This document shows positions 38,153 through 51,131 of a stretch of DNA of 64,000 nucleotides, piece by piece. The first letter of the stretch is position 1; each line of letters begins with the position of its first letter. Source of the DNA: Hydrolagus colliei (Eukaryota). Location: assembly GCA_035084275.1 (NCBI GenBank), contig CM068742.1, positions 74,524,001-74,588,000 of the forward strand. The letters run 5' to 3'. Below the pieces are notes generated by a model, which saw only the letters and a program-made list of their open reading frames with translations, did not search any database and was not told the origin of the DNA. The position numbers were made by a program, and so were the translations under genes.

Positions 38153-39815
38153 AGGAATTTTTATGGAGGCAAGAGCACATTTGGCAAGGCATTCTAAGAA
38201 AAAAAAGCAAAGTTCCTGTATTACTGATCACTAATTTGAGATAAAAAATTGTGAACTAGATTTGTTGTGTTGGTTTATTGCATCTTCCAGTTTCTAAACA
38301 TCGAAAGCCATTTCATTTGGGAGATTGATTAAAAGTACTCAGTTATTTTTGCAGGTTCCAGTCTCAAAATTGGTCATTTCAGAATTAATGCAAAAATCTA
38401 GTTCACAACTGCCACAAATTTAAATAATAATGCTTCCAATCAATATACCAGCTTTCTTTCATATTAGGAGGACGTCTCAAAATGCTTCTCGTAATATACT
38501 TAGAAAGTGGAATAAATTTGTATTTTCTAGGTTAATTTGTACTCAGCACATTTGGCAATGTCCCACAAACAGCCAGGAAGTGAATTGAGCAATAGACTGC
38601 AGAATAGCAGCAAGTGGAACCATAAGACATTTCTAGTTAGGCCAACAGTAATGTTGAACATCAGATAAGATAAATCAGGAAGCAATATTATAGAAGATCA
38701 TGAAAATGCATGGGTACTACAGTATTTTCAGATTTTCAGATTTTTTTTCACAAACGAAAAGTGAGTAAATCCAGCTCCAGTCACTTTGGATCAAGAATAA
38801 TTCACATAGCTAAACAACAACTTGGATTCATGTAGTGCCCTTACACCCAGGGTAGCATCTCGGAGTGTTGACCTAGCATTTTATGAATAAAACTTTTTAA
38901 AAGTTACAGCAAATGGAATTGATGGCAAACATGCTCTTGAGATTGTCTTCCAATATGATAACAAAAATCCTTACATATTAGGAGGACGTCTCAAATTGCT
39001 TCTTTGACCAAAGCTTACGGTGTCAATCATCCTTACACTTGATAGAGTGCCTTTCAGATCAAGAGAATGCACCAAAGAGACTTCATATGATTTAATGTAA
39101 AGTAAATACGATCAATGGGAAAAAAGCTCTGTTTGGTGACAATGACTAACAGGCTTCCACAAGGGACTGTTCTGAGTCTCCTGTTGTTATGATCTGAAGA
39201 AGAATGCTTTTTATTATCTTATCAAAATTCCTGATGATATGTATGTGGGACAGATTCACAAAATAGTTAAACGCAGCCTGAGGGAGGACAGTGTACAAGT
39301 CTTTCAAATTTTGAATTAAACAAAGAGGTAAATGTGGGGGTTTTGAGAATATGAGAGCTATTTTAATAATGAAAAGGCCTCAAGACAAAATTAAGAATAG
39401 ATTTCCCCCTCTCTCCCCCACCCCCCCCACCCTGAGTGGTGAATAGGACACAGCCACAGAGAGTTGACTTTGCATCTGACATTCCATTAACAAACATGTC
39501 ACCTTACAGCTGACTCCCCCACTCCCCATCTCCCTCCATCCCAGGAGGATTATAATCATTTGATTAAACATCTGACAAACACAGGTTGGAGTCCTCACAA
39601 GCTGGGTAGCAGGTTCCAGGAACTCACTGTGTGTTTCCCGGTAAGAGCACAGTTCAGCGTGAAATGTTCAACGGAAAACAATGGCTTTTCATATTAACTT
39701 CTTCCAAAAAATGTATGAAACACGCCACATCACCTCACATCACCCACATGACTGTGCTTAAATTGTGTCCAAATCTCATTGAGAGATCCACATATATATG
39801 GCATATATTTAGACA

Positions 39816-40020
39816 TAATAATAATCCTTGCATTTGATGTAGTGCTTCTCACGTCTTCTAGACATCTCAAACCGCTTCACAGAATATACTGTAAAGTGAA
39901 TTGACTCTATATATGTGGGTGAAACATGGCAGCCAATTGCGCACAGCAGTATCCCACAAACAGTCACGATTGAATTGACCAATTTATTATTGCTTTTTTT
40001 GATGGATTATTATTAGGTAT
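39816..40020 (-). mobile_element. 5'-truncated Deu-type SINE
   Basis: 3' two-thirds of the family, reverse complement. Confidence 0.85.
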
Positions 40021-41094
40021 TTCCCTGTGTCAGGAATGTAATGCTCACTCTCTTCCTGGGAGTACACACACCCTGCTTACTTAATTCCAGAGAATATTAG
40101 ATGCAGGTTAGCAAAAAAAACAATGCCCATAGAGCCCAGAGTATGAGTTAAAGCCCTCTTGGAGCTGAAGCAATAAAAGCCACACAGCTTGTAATTGAGA
40201 CTACCTGGAAATCTTCCTGTTGTTTGTCCAGTTAGGATCATCCTATGCTTCAGGGCTCTGACATTAAAAGAGGAAAGCTTTAGTATTGGTTTAGAATTAG
40301 ATGTTTATCTGAATAGGTCTGGAGCACACAGAAGAATTTTTCACATATTATGTCAAGGCTAGGATTGAATGCTGGAGATGTTGAGATGTAACATGACAAG
40401 AGTTTTGCTTGCTTTTATCATTTATGAAAGAAGCCTGAATCTTTTAGGGCAGTTAATTGCTCTATATTGGACCCATCGGCAACTCCTTATCCACCCCTTC
40501 TCTCCCCTCACCCCCCCACCCCCGTCGTCAGCCCGGGTCTGAAGCAGTAACTGTCCAGCGTCTTGGGACATTATCCTGACTTGAAAGATGCTATACATAT
40601 GTAACTTTATTGTTGTTATATATCCTCAACAAAATAACACAGCAATCTAATATGTGTGTATTTTTAAAATGGGATTCTTTAACAAGGAACCCAAATTGGT
40701 GTAAATCTCTGCCATGTTTTGCATTCAGAGTGGATGTAGTGGATGTATTTTGCTGCTCAAAGAAGGATGCACCATTGATGATCTGGATGTATATTTTTTA
40801 TTTAAAGCAGGTTTCGTATTTACCTTATTTGGTGTATAATTTACAGCATTTCTTAATAAAAGAATCTGATAAGAATTCCTCTCGACAAAACAAACACCAT
40901 TTCAGAAGTAGATTACACTGCAATGGATTTCCTGTGATTATGAAGTGTTCCAGGGCACTTCCCTGTGTGAAGTATGTTATATAAATACAAGTTGTTGTGT
41001 TGAAAGGAAACCCCACTTACACAATTTAGTTGCATATTGAAGAATCCCATTACGAAATACCACAAATGCAATCCCCGTGTTATTTTGTTTAAAT

Positions 41095-41392
41095 TGAGTC
41101 CTGTAGCTCAGTGGTTGGAGTACTCGCCTTGCAAGTGAGAAACCTGGGCTCAATTCCAGGCAGGACAAAACCTTAAGCAAGTTTCTTTACTCTGCACACT
41201 TGATAATAATCCTTCAAAAAAAAATTGGTAATTTCAATCCACAGCTATTTGTGGGACATTGCTGTGCACAATTGGCTGCCCCGTTTCACCCACATATATA
41301 CAGTCAATTCACTTTACAGTATATTCTGTGAAGCATGTTGAGACATCTAGAAGATGTGAAAAGCACTGTATGAAATGGAAGTATTATTATTT
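41095..41392 (+). mobile_element. Deu-type SINE
   Basis: Full-length match to 31190-31528. Confidence 0.85.
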
Positions 41393-41922
41393 AAGCAATA
41401 AAGTAAAGAAATGCCCCCAAAAAATTCAGGCTGACAATTTGCTCTTTCATCGTCAAGAAATAACAGTGTTTTTTTTAAATACTTGCATTTGATATACTGC
41501 CGTATCACATCAAAATATCACAACATGCTTTACAGAGCTCTCTCAAGTGTTGTGACTGTGTATTTGTAGATGAAGTTGGCAGCCAATTTGTGCACAGTAG
41601 AGTCCCACAATCGGTCAAAAAGTAATGTATTGGTTTAATGTGGTAGATGAGGCGTCCAGGTCATACATGCGGGTCTCTGTAATGTATTAATTTTACTGAT
41701 CAATGTTCACACTTTCTTCTGGGTGAGGCACAAAGACGGGTGTGGGAGCAGGAGAGTCTAATGATATTATTAACCACACAAGCACTTACTTTAGAAATAA
41801 AATCAATTAAAATTCCTCCACCCTAATATTTAAATCAATGTGTGCACCCTTTAATACCTGTATACATATTGCACTGTGCAGATAGATTTAAAATAAGGAA
41901 AAATTTAACAAACCTTGCATTT

Positions 41923-42240
41923 GATAATCCTTGCATTTGATATAGCACTGTTCACGTCTTCTAAACGTCTCAAAGCGCTTCACAGAATATTCTGTAAAGT
42001 GAATGGACTGTATATAAGTGGATGAAACATGGACTGTATATAAGTGGGTGAAACATAATTGTGCACAGCAGAGTCCCACAAACAATCATCAATTGAAATG
42101 ACCAATTTTGTTTTGGAGAAGGGATTATTATTAGGCGTGTGGAGTAAAGAAACTTGTCCAAGGTTTTGCCCAGCTTGGAATCAAACCCAGGTCTCTCTCT
42201 TGTAAGGCGAGTTCTCTACCCACTGAACTACAGGACTCCA
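41923..42240 (-). mobile_element. Deu-type SINE with internal duplication
   Basis: Reverse-complement family match; 'atggactgtatataagtgg.tgaaac' occurs twice. Confidence 0.85.
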
Positions 42241-43290
42241 CAATTTATTAAGAATGAATTTGTCTACCCAGAATCATAATTTTTTTCACAGAATCCAAAA
42301 GCATTTGGAGTCACCTTGATAGCTAGGCTTGTGTAAAGTGTTTAAGCCCAAGACTGTAATATTATTATTACTTATTATTCTAACCAGTAAATGACTCTGT
42401 TATTGTTAAATGAACAGTTTAATATAGTTTGGATCTTCATCTTCAATAAAGCTGTGTGGCTGTCTGTGATGTTCCTGACAATAGCTTAGATTTTATACCA
42501 TATAAATAGTCTAACCCTCTAAGCATCTATTTGAACTGATCATCGTGAAGAGTGGAAACCAAGCACAACAGAGAGAAAGACAGAATAAACCTTAGTGTCA
42601 CTTACCTGGGTGTTGGCTAATCCCAAACTGTGTGAATTTGCAAAGACGTGTTTGTTTTTCTTTCCAAACAAGACAGGGTTGTGGTGGGTGGGGGTGGGGG
42701 GAGGGAGTTTTGTGCACGATTTGTGCAAATAAATTTACATTCCACCTCTTCCACTCTCTATCTCTCAGTCTGATTTACTCCGTCCAGCACTGTGAATGAC
42801 TTGGATTTTACAGCAGATTTCCAGTAGAAAAACTCTACTTGTGTCTTTTTTTGAGAGTGTGTCTGTGTTTGGTTGTCTTCAAAGAGTCTGCAGTTTCTCA
42901 TCTGTTTTTTAAAGCAAGTGCCCAAGTCTTTGTCCCTTTCTCTCCATCTCTCTCTCTCACTCTCTCATCCCCTCTTTGAAGAGCTTGTTTGTCCCCATAT
43001 GTAGTAGTAGTAGTAGCAGCGAGAGAGAGAGAGAGGGGTGATGGGGTGGGGGGGAGGGGGGGGGGGAACGACGACACATTGTGCCCTGTTGGGGTTTGGA
43101 TAGTTAGTTGTGTGTGATGGATGCCAGCAGTTTACAAAACCAATACACACATACACACAACACACATACACACAGAAAAAGCTGATGAATTGGTGGGTGA
43201 GAAGAGGAGGGTGGTGTTTGAGGGATTTAGAAAGGAGAGTGGAGAGAAAAGATCTTTCTCTCTTTTAAATTTTTTTTACTATTATTTCAT

Positions 43291-44763
43291 TCAATGTAAA
43301 CCATTCAGGGTGAACGAAGTCATTTTGTCCAGGGAGACATCCTGGTCACAGTCCAGATCATAGAGTGAGTCGGTCGTGGCCACCATAGCCACCACTTGGT
43401 GACTGGCTGAGATCTGGGACATCCTGTCAAACATCTCCTCCCTGTCCTGGCCACAGTTGCCCACTGCGTTGGGGATCATGCTGACGTAAGCCGCCACGAT
43501 CTCCCGGTGAAACACCGTGTCCTGGTTGTACGAGGCCAACTCGTTGCTGATGTTCACGGTCTCCACCGGGGTGTTGGCCGAGCACAGACTCTGGCAGCCC
43601 AGGAGGCTGGAGAACGCCTTGCGGAACTCAGCGTTGAACGCGTACACCACTGGGTTCAGGGTGGAGTTAGCCCAGCCACACCACATGAAGACGTCGAAGG
43701 CGGTGTCCCCCACGCAGGGCAGGCGGGAGGAGCCGGCCGAGCAGAAAGGCACCAGGCAGTTCACGATGAAGAAAGGCAGCCAGCAGCACACAAACACCCC
43801 CATGATCACCGACAAGGTCTTCAGCACCTTGGTCTCCTTCCTGAAGGAGCTCTTGAGGGAATGGTGGTGTTGTGGTTGTTGGTGTTGCTGGCAGTGTTGT
43901 TGTTGTTGTTGCTGATGTTCGTGTTGTTGCTGCTGCCGCTGTTGTTGTTGTTGTTGATGTGGGTGACACTCGAGGTGGAGCAGGTCTCTCTTGCTCCTCC
44001 GGCGGCAGCTCTTGGCGTGCTCTGCCGCCCTCTCCAGCGAGGCGATCCTCCTGATCTGGATCTGGGCAATCCGGTAGATCCGGGTGTAAGTCACCAACAT
44101 GATGGCCACGGGGATGTAGAAGCTGATGAGGGACGAGGAGATGGCGTACGTCCGGTTCAGGCTGGAATCGCAGTTGGCGGCGCTGCTGGAGTTGACCTGG
44201 GACGTGGTGGCGGAGGCTGTGATGGTGGCTGATGGCGGAGAGAGTTGGTGTTGATATTGGTGTTGGTTGGCTTTGTGCCAGTTGAGTTGCACGGGGATGA
44301 AGGAGATGAGGACCGAGAGAGCCCAGGTCAGCCCGATCATCACGAAAGCCAACCTGCGAGTCATTTTGCGCTCGTAGCGAAAAGGGCTGGAGATTGCCCA
44401 GTACCGGTCCAGGCTGATCACACACAGGTTCAGGATGGAGGCGGTCGAGCACATGATGTCGAAGGCGATCCACACGTCGCAGAAAGCCCCGAAAGGCCAG
44501 TAGCCGGCCACCTCGGCCACCGCTTTCCAGGGCATGACCAGCAGGGCGACCAGCAGGTCGGACAGGGCGAGCGACACGATGAAGATGTTGGTGACTTTGG
44601 TGCGAAAGTGGCGGAATCTGAGCACGGCGGCGCACACCAAGGCGTTGCCGAACAGGGTGAAGAGGATCAGCAAGGACAGCAAGCTCCCAATCACCGCACT
44701 GACCGCCAGCTCCCGGCTATCACTCGCTGTCCGCTCCTCACTCTCGTCCGTCCTGTTGGACAT
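43291..44763 (-). CDS. DRD5: D(1B) dopamine receptor (D5), class A GPCR, intronless CDS, 490 aa
   Basis: 7 TM helices; AFDIMC (D3.32), [16 protein letters not shown] (TM5 serines), [25 protein letters not shown]; D5-type segments [39 protein letters not shown] and C-terminal SLDK...FT.NG.H; adjacent to OTOP1. Confidence 0.95.
   Translation of the reverse strand: MSNRTDESEERTASDSRELAVSAVIGSLLSLLILFTLFGNALVCAAVLRFRHFRTKVTNIFIVSLALSDLLVALLVMPWKAVAEVAGYWPFGAFCDVWIAFDIMCSTASILNLCVISLDRYWAISSPFRYERKMTRRLAFVMIGLTWALSVLISFIPVQLNWHKANQHQYQHQLSPPSATITASATTSQVNSSSAANCDSSLNRTYAISSSLISFYIPVAIMLVTYTRIYRIAQIQIRRIASLERAAEHAKSCRRRSKRDLLHLECHPHQQQQQQRQQQQHEHQQQQQQHCQQHQQPQHHHSLKSSFRKETKVLKTLSVIMGVFVCCWLPFFIVNCLVPFCSAGSSRLPCVGDTAFDVFMWCGWANSTLNPVVYAFNAEFRKAFSSLLGCQSLCSANTPVETVNISNELASYNQDTVFHREIVAAYVSMIPNAVGNCGQDREEMFDRMSQISASHQVVAMVATTDSLYDLDCDQDVSLDKMTSFTLNGLH
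43862..43960 (-). repeat. Coding CAA/CAG-rich repeat (polyQ/H) in DRD5 intracellular loop 3
   Basis: Encodes [33 protein letters not shown]. Confidence 0.95.
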
Positions 44764-45049
44764 GATTTCCTACCTGCAAACGCACAGCCTCCCTCCCTCT
44801 CCCTCCCCGAGGTTGGTGGGTCTCGCCTGGCTGCTCTCACATCTCTGATCACCCACTCTCAACCTGACTGACTGACTGCTTCACTCACTGGCTGGCTGCT
44901 GGCTGGCTGACTCATACAAGAGTTAAAGACTGTACAAAGAACAGTCAAAGAGACTTCATTGACGGAAAACTGGTCCAAATCAGGAGTTAGTTGTTGTTAC
45001 TGTCTCACACGAAACCTCCTTTAGCCTAAGGCTCTTCCTGGCATCTCAA

Positions 45050-45450
45050 GCTACTCACTCACTCATTTAATTAGTTCATTCACCCACTCACTCAGTCACT
45101 CCCTCACCTCACTCACTCCCATTCTCACTCACTATCTCCCCCCTTACTCACTCACTCACTCACCCTCTCACTCTCCCTCCCTCCCTCACTTACTCCCTCC
45201 GTCCCTCACTTACTCCCTCTCACTCACTCACTCACTCACTCCCTTACTACATCCCCTCTCACCCACCCCCTTACTCCCTCCCTCACCCCTACTCACTTCC
45301 TTATTCCCTCCCTCCTTTACTCACTAACTCCCTCCCTCCCTCACCCCCTCTCTCCCTCCCTCACCCCCTTACCCTCTCCCTCCCTCCCTCCCTCCCTCCT
45401 TCACTCACTAACTCCCTCCTTCCCTCCCTCCCTCCTTTACTCACTCACTG
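45050..45450. repeat. (ACTC)n/(CCCT)n pyrimidine-rich tract upstream of the DRD5 CDS
   Basis: Direct inspection; (CA)n(GA)n microsatellites also at ~45678-45702 and ~45817-45845. Confidence 0.9.
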
Positions 45451-46032
45451 ATCCACGTTTCTTCCTCCGGGTACAAAGTTGAGGGTCGGAGGCAAGGATT
45501 GAAATTGCACAGCCGCCATCAGCCAGCGCTCACATCCATTCAATAACCCCCCGGGGTGTGGGTGGGGGGTGTGGGGGGCTGGAGTGAACCTATCCAGAGG
45601 CTAGACTGCGATACAGAGCCAGTTGTGCTTGCCATGCGTCCAGCCACAGAGATCCTGTCATGTTTCAGTGCAGCTGAACACACACACACACACAGAGAGA
45701 GAAGCATTCGTATTCCACATCCCTGAATGGACGGATTGCTCCATTTGGTCTTCGTTGGAATGACTGACATGAAGGTATCGAGGGGGAGAGGGAGGGAGGG
45801 GAGGCAGAGAGAGTCAGACACACACACAGAGAGAGAGAGAGAGAGCCTCCACGAGCACTGATTCAGAAGAAGACTACGAGATGGAATGGCTTAAAAGTGG
45901 ACCAGGATAACCCGTCAAACAATAAAACCTTGTGTTCTTTTAAAATAATTTTTAAAAATCGCAAATTGTGTCAGATCTTATCACCAATTTACCTCCTGGA
46001 GAAAACTGCTACTTTTATCTCCCCGACTAACC

Positions 46033-46728
46033 NNNNNNNNNNNNNNNNNNNNNNNNNNNNNNNNNNNNNNNNNNNNNNNNNNNNNNNNNNNNNNNNNNNN
46101 NNNNNNNNNNNNNNNNNNNNNNNNNNNNNNNNNNNNNNNNNNNNNNNNNNNNNNNNNNNNNNNNNNNNNNNNNNNNNNNNNNNNNNNNNNNNNNNNNNNN
46201 NNNNNNNNNNNNNNNNNNNNNNNNNNNNNNNNNNNNNNNNNNNNNNNNNNNNNNNNNNNNNNNNNNNNNNNNNNNNNNNNNNNNNNNNNNNNNNNNNNNN
46301 NNNNNNNNNNNNNNNNNNNNNNNNNNNNNNNNNNNNNNNNNNNNNNNNNNNNNNNNNNNNNNNNNNNNNNNNNNNNNNNNNNNNNNNNNNNNNNNNNNNN
46401 NNNNNNNNNNNNNNNNNNNNNNNNNNNNNNNNNNNNNNNNNNNNNNNNNNNNNNNNNNNNNNNNNNNNNNNNNNNNNNNNNNNNNNNNNNNNNNNNNNNN
46501 NNNNNNNNNNNNNNNNNNNNNNNNNNNNNNNNNNNNNNNNNNNNNNNNNNNNNNNNNNNNNNNNNNNNNNNNNNNNNNNNNNNNNNNNNNNNNNNNNNNN
46601 NNNNNNNNNNNNNNNNNNNNNNNNNNNNNNNNNNNNNNNNNNNNNNNNNNNNNNNNNNNNNNNNNNNNNNNNNNNNNNNNNNNNNNNNNNNNNNNNNNNN
46701 NNNNNNNNNNNNNNNNNNNNNNNNNNNN
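46033..46728. other. Assembly gap (696 N)
   Basis: Run of N. Confidence 1.
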
Positions 46729-47472
46729 TTCGCCACTTTCCCAATCGCTGTGCATTCCCGTCACTTGTTGTGCGCGATGGTGAATGTGTTGAACGGGAAG
46801 AGGCTAAAGGATCAGCAACTCGCACACGGCTGGAAACAACAACGACCCGCCAGCAGGAGCCGGCCGTGCCTGGTGCAGTCACTAGCTGTGTTACTAACAC
46901 ATCTCACTCTCAAACACACACATGATGCTTTCACAGCCAGAGTCAGTCAGCTACTGTGCACAGGGGGTAACAGGGAAGCCGAAGCTTGATACGCAGAACG
47001 CACACCACGCACAGTCGGTTGACTCCAAACTACTGTATACCTTCTGAAGCCCCTACAAAATGCACAGCCAATGTACTTTACCCCATACTCTGGAGGAGGG
47101 CACGGGGGGGTGGGGTGTATTGGGGATGGGTGGGAGAGTGGCCAAAGGCACCTTCGAAGAGAGGTCTTCAGGCGGAACTTGAAGGAGGCAAGAGAGGGGA
47201 AGGTGTGAGATGGACGGATTGAGGGATAGAGTTTCTAGAGAGGGGGGCCAGAGATGTTACAGGCCAAGCGCTGATGGTGGGGCGGGGAGTGAGGGGAGAC
47301 CTGAAGCGGGCCGGTGCCCACCGAGCGGACAGGCTGATGTGGGGTTATGAAGTTGGGGAGTGGGGGGAGAAGGGCAGCCAGACTGTGGAGAACCTGGAAG
47401 GTAAGAACGAGGGTTTTGCGCTCATTCTGTGAGGAATGGGGAGCCAGTGAAGCCGGACGAGGCTTTAAATTG

Positions 47473-47786
47473 TGGAGTCCTGCAGTTTAGGGGTTAGAGC
47501 GCTCGCCTTACAAGCATAAGACCTGTGTTTCAAATCCAGGCAGGTCAGGGCGAAACCTTGGGCAAGTTCCCTTACACACGCCTGATAATAATCCGTCCCC
47601 AAAAATACTTGAATAAATTAGTCATTTCAATCCACGACTGTTTGTGGGACACTGCTGTCCATAATTGGCTGCCGTGTTTCACCCACAAATATACTAATTC
47701 ACTTTACAGTATATTCTGTGAAGCGCTTTGAGATGTCTTCGACGTGAAAAGCTATGTATCAAATGCAAGGATTATTATATTTATTA
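47473..47786 (+). mobile_element. Deu-type SINE (within a minus-strand L2 3' remnant starting ~47080)
   Basis: Full-length match to 31190-31528. Confidence 0.85.
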
Positions 47787-48049
47787 CAAGTTCCCCGAGC
47801 TTGGTGCGGGAGAGGACCACCTACTTTGTAGTTTTCCAATCCTAGTTCGGTTTACTTCGGATACTGTGTAATATTGTCTCACTCAGCGCAGTGTGTGTCG
47901 AGTTTGTTTTGAGTCTTGACCAAATCAGGCGTCTCTGCATGCCACTTTCCCAGTGTTCCTTTTATACTGTTCTAACCAGTCTCAATTGGGTCACTTCGTT
48001 TCTTTGTGTTGATGATCATTTAAAGTGATCTGAGAGGACTCCAAAATTT

Positions 48050-49700
48050 AAAGCATCCGCTTGGCTGCATCCTCGTGTTCCCACCCCACCCCCAATCCCC
48101 ATGTCCCCTTCCACCTCATCCAGACCATCCACACTGCCTTCTCCCTCAGCCATGGCTCCTGCCACTCTCCCACTCCTTACACTTTCTTTGCCCCCATTCC
48201 CCCCACCACAATCACCTGGATGAAGTTCACCATCTGTTATCCCAACCCACTCCCCACCCAGCTGCTGGTCACTCAGCTCCCCACACCCTTCCCCTTGCTG
48301 GCCGACACAGTGAACCAGTCTCTCTCCTCAGGCTGCGTCCCATTCCCTCTGAAAACAACTGTAATCACACCTCTCCTCAAAAATCCTACCCTTGATCCCT
48401 CTAATCTCTCTCACACTACCTACCCTTCCTTGTCAAAGTCTTGGAATGTATTACTGCATGTCAACGTTGGTCATACTTCTCCCTCCACTCCCTCCTCAAG
48501 CTCCCGTAGTCAGGTTTCGCCCGAGAGCACGGAGACAACGCTTGTTAAAGTCACAAACAACATTCTCTCTACCTGTGACAAGGGCTCCCTCTGCCTCCTC
48601 ATTCTCCTGGATCTCACTGCCACGTTTAACACAGTCGACCACGCCATCTTCCTCTACTGCCTCTCCTCCCTCATCGACCTTAAAGGGACCGCACTCGCAT
48701 GGTTCAAATTCTACTTAACCAACCATTTCCATTTCATCTCAGCAAATGGTTTCTCTTCCCAACCCCTCCAGGTCACCTGCAGGTTACCCTAGGCCTCCAT
48801 CCTTGGCCCTCTTCTTCTCCTTGTCTATATGCTCCCTCTGGACAATGTCAGCACCTTGGGACATCCTCCTAACTTGAAAGATGCTATAACAAGTGTAATT
48901 TTGTTTTGTTGGGAAACAAATGGGAAACTTCCACATGCAGATGCAGATGACACCCAAATCTATATTGCCTCCTCAAGCATCGACTCCAGGTCTGCTCATG
49001 TTCCATCAGCTAGTTTGGTGGACATCAAGGCCTGGGTGAGTGTAACCTTCTTGCAGTTAAATATGAACAAGCCAGGAGCCATACTCCTGGCTACCATTAA
49101 CATCTTCATTCCTAAAACTCCCTGGGCTCTACCTCCGACTCGCCAAACCAGTGCTAGACGTAATCTAGACGTCCGGTTCAACCCCCAGCTATACTTCCTC
49201 CCCCACATCCAGTTCCTGACCAGGACTGCCTTTTTCCATCTCCACCACATTGCCCGACTCCAACAGTACCTTCCCCAAATGCAGCCAAACCCCACCATGC
49301 ATGCGTTTGTCACCTCCTGCCTGGATTACTCCAACGCACTTTTCACTGGTGTCCCCAGCTGCACCATTTGAAAGGTCCAGTGATTCAGAACTCTGCGGCT
49401 CGCACACTAACCCAGACCAAACTCTGTACCCACATCTCACCAGTTCTGGCCAGGCTCTACTGACTCCCCCTCATCGAACGGATCGACTTCAAGATCCTCA
49501 CACACATGGCAAAATCCATTAACTCGCTGGCACCTCCAATCTCCTCACTCTTTCAAGTCCCGCCCGAACACTTTACTGTTCGACCATGCTTCAACCACCT
49601 CTCCCACATGCCCCCACCCCGAGCTTGGAATCAGACTTTGTCATTGTTAAGCACTCTAAGACACTATGTGAAGGGTGCTGTATAAGTGCAAGTTGTTGTT
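48050..49700 (+). mobile_element. L2-type LINE ORF2 RT remnant with 3' tail
   Basis: VITPLLKNPTLDP, STETTLVKVTNNIL, LLILLDLTATFNTVDH, DADDTQIY, RNLDVRFNPQL, HAFVTSCLDYSNA; tail 'aagtgcaagttgttgtt'; frameshifts and stops. Confidence 0.92.
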
Positions 49701-50889
49701 TTCTCTCCACAGCTGTATAAAGTAGTAGTTGTAGTTGTAGAATTACAGAATCAGAATCAGAATCTACACACTAACTGATTTCCTGGCCATGTCGGGATTA
49801 TCTATCAAGATAACTGCAAATACCAAGACCATTGAAGCCAACAGGAAATTGGTGACAAATGGCACTCATTTGATCAGGTTTTTCATCACTAGTACTTGGT
49901 GACCAGTGAAATGCTTTGTGGACAGGCTGACATTCAAGGCATCAAATGCAAGGATTATTATTACTATTCATAGTAGTCGAAGAACCTTGCTCCATTTGTA
50001 CTAAATGTACTCCTGAAGTGAATAGGTTTAAAATTGTAGATTGGCTATTTTTCTCAAATAGTTTTCTCTCCCTTTTGAAGGGAAATATTGATTTTAATGT
50101 TAGCTTCTCGGCCCTGTGCCTAACATCATGACGCTGTATCAAATGCAAGGATTGTTATTATTATTATCAACTGTGAAAAGTACAGAGCACATCTTTTCAG
50201 TGGGCTCTGAATGTATAAATTGCACAGGCTCTCAGCAGGATTTGTTAAAGGTTTCCTTCATTCGATTGACCCATTGCTGTGGATGTGCCATTAATGGTGT
50301 TCCAATAACTTCAAACACTGGAAAATTTACCGTTCGGTTTATCAAGGCATTAAAATCACTACAAGTACGACTGAGTGGATATTCATGAACTCTCAGAAAG
50401 ACTGACAAAAATGCAAAGGGATTAAACAGCAGAACTGCGGTATCTTGGGAACTGGCCTGACAGCTGCTTGATAGATTTCCAGAATACAAAACAGGTGCTA
50501 TATGCCCCAATTATACAGTACGTTTGGAATTGGTACTGTATGAGCTTCTGCAAAATTAAAACATCAAATGTGCAATATTATGTGCCTGATTTTGCACAAA
50601 TGGATGGTTTGGCTTCAGCAACAACAAAAACAAAATTACATTTGTACAGCGCCTCTCATGTTGGGAGAACGTCCCATGGTGCTGGACAGTGTTTCAGACC
50701 CGAGCTGGAGCCCTAATACTAGTACAGCATTAGTATTGCACTTGGCTAGATTTGGGGGCCAGTTGGGATTTTAACATGGTGAACACACTAAATCACCTTT
50801 CACTTACAGTAACAGCAGAGATTGACTGACAGGCTAGTTATTTTCTGTTGGTGGACATGTCACTGACTATCAGTGGTCAACAAGCAGCA

Positions 50890-51131
50890 TCCTCGGCGGC
50901 CGTGCATTTAGCCACTACGCCCCGAGGCTCTGGAACTCCCTTCCTCACTTGCTTCGCCTCGCCCCCTCTCTTCCCAGTTTCAGGTCACAGTTGAAGACCT
51001 TTCTCTTCGACCGCGCTTTTGGTCACCTTCCTGCCCCTGCTCCTGGCTCGGTCCCGGGATCCGCTACTGTGAAGCGCTCTGAGACGCCGTCCAGCGTGGA
51101 GGGCGCTATATAAATCAAAGTTGTTGTTGTT
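50890..51131 (+). mobile_element. Relatively young L2 3'-end insertion
   Basis: CpG-retaining copy ending 'gggcgctatataaatcaaagttgttgttgtt'; matches 22218-22450 in reverse. Confidence 0.8.

Noticed and set aside
1-43000. SLC2A9 terminal exons expected from synteny
   Set aside because: No GLUT9-like peptide recognised by eye; tblastn would be needed to exclude small exons
43818-43840. REST/RE1-like TTCAGCACC in DRD5
   Set aside because: Right half-site (GGACAG) is missing and the sequence is explained by the KVLKT codons
43507-44871. Antisense and alternative-frame ORFs (241, 322, 208 aa) over DRD5
   Set aside because: Expected by-products of a GC3-rich coding sequence; no recognisable protein features
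45897-46925. ORFs of 245-342 aa
   Set aside because: Artefacts of reading through the N gap
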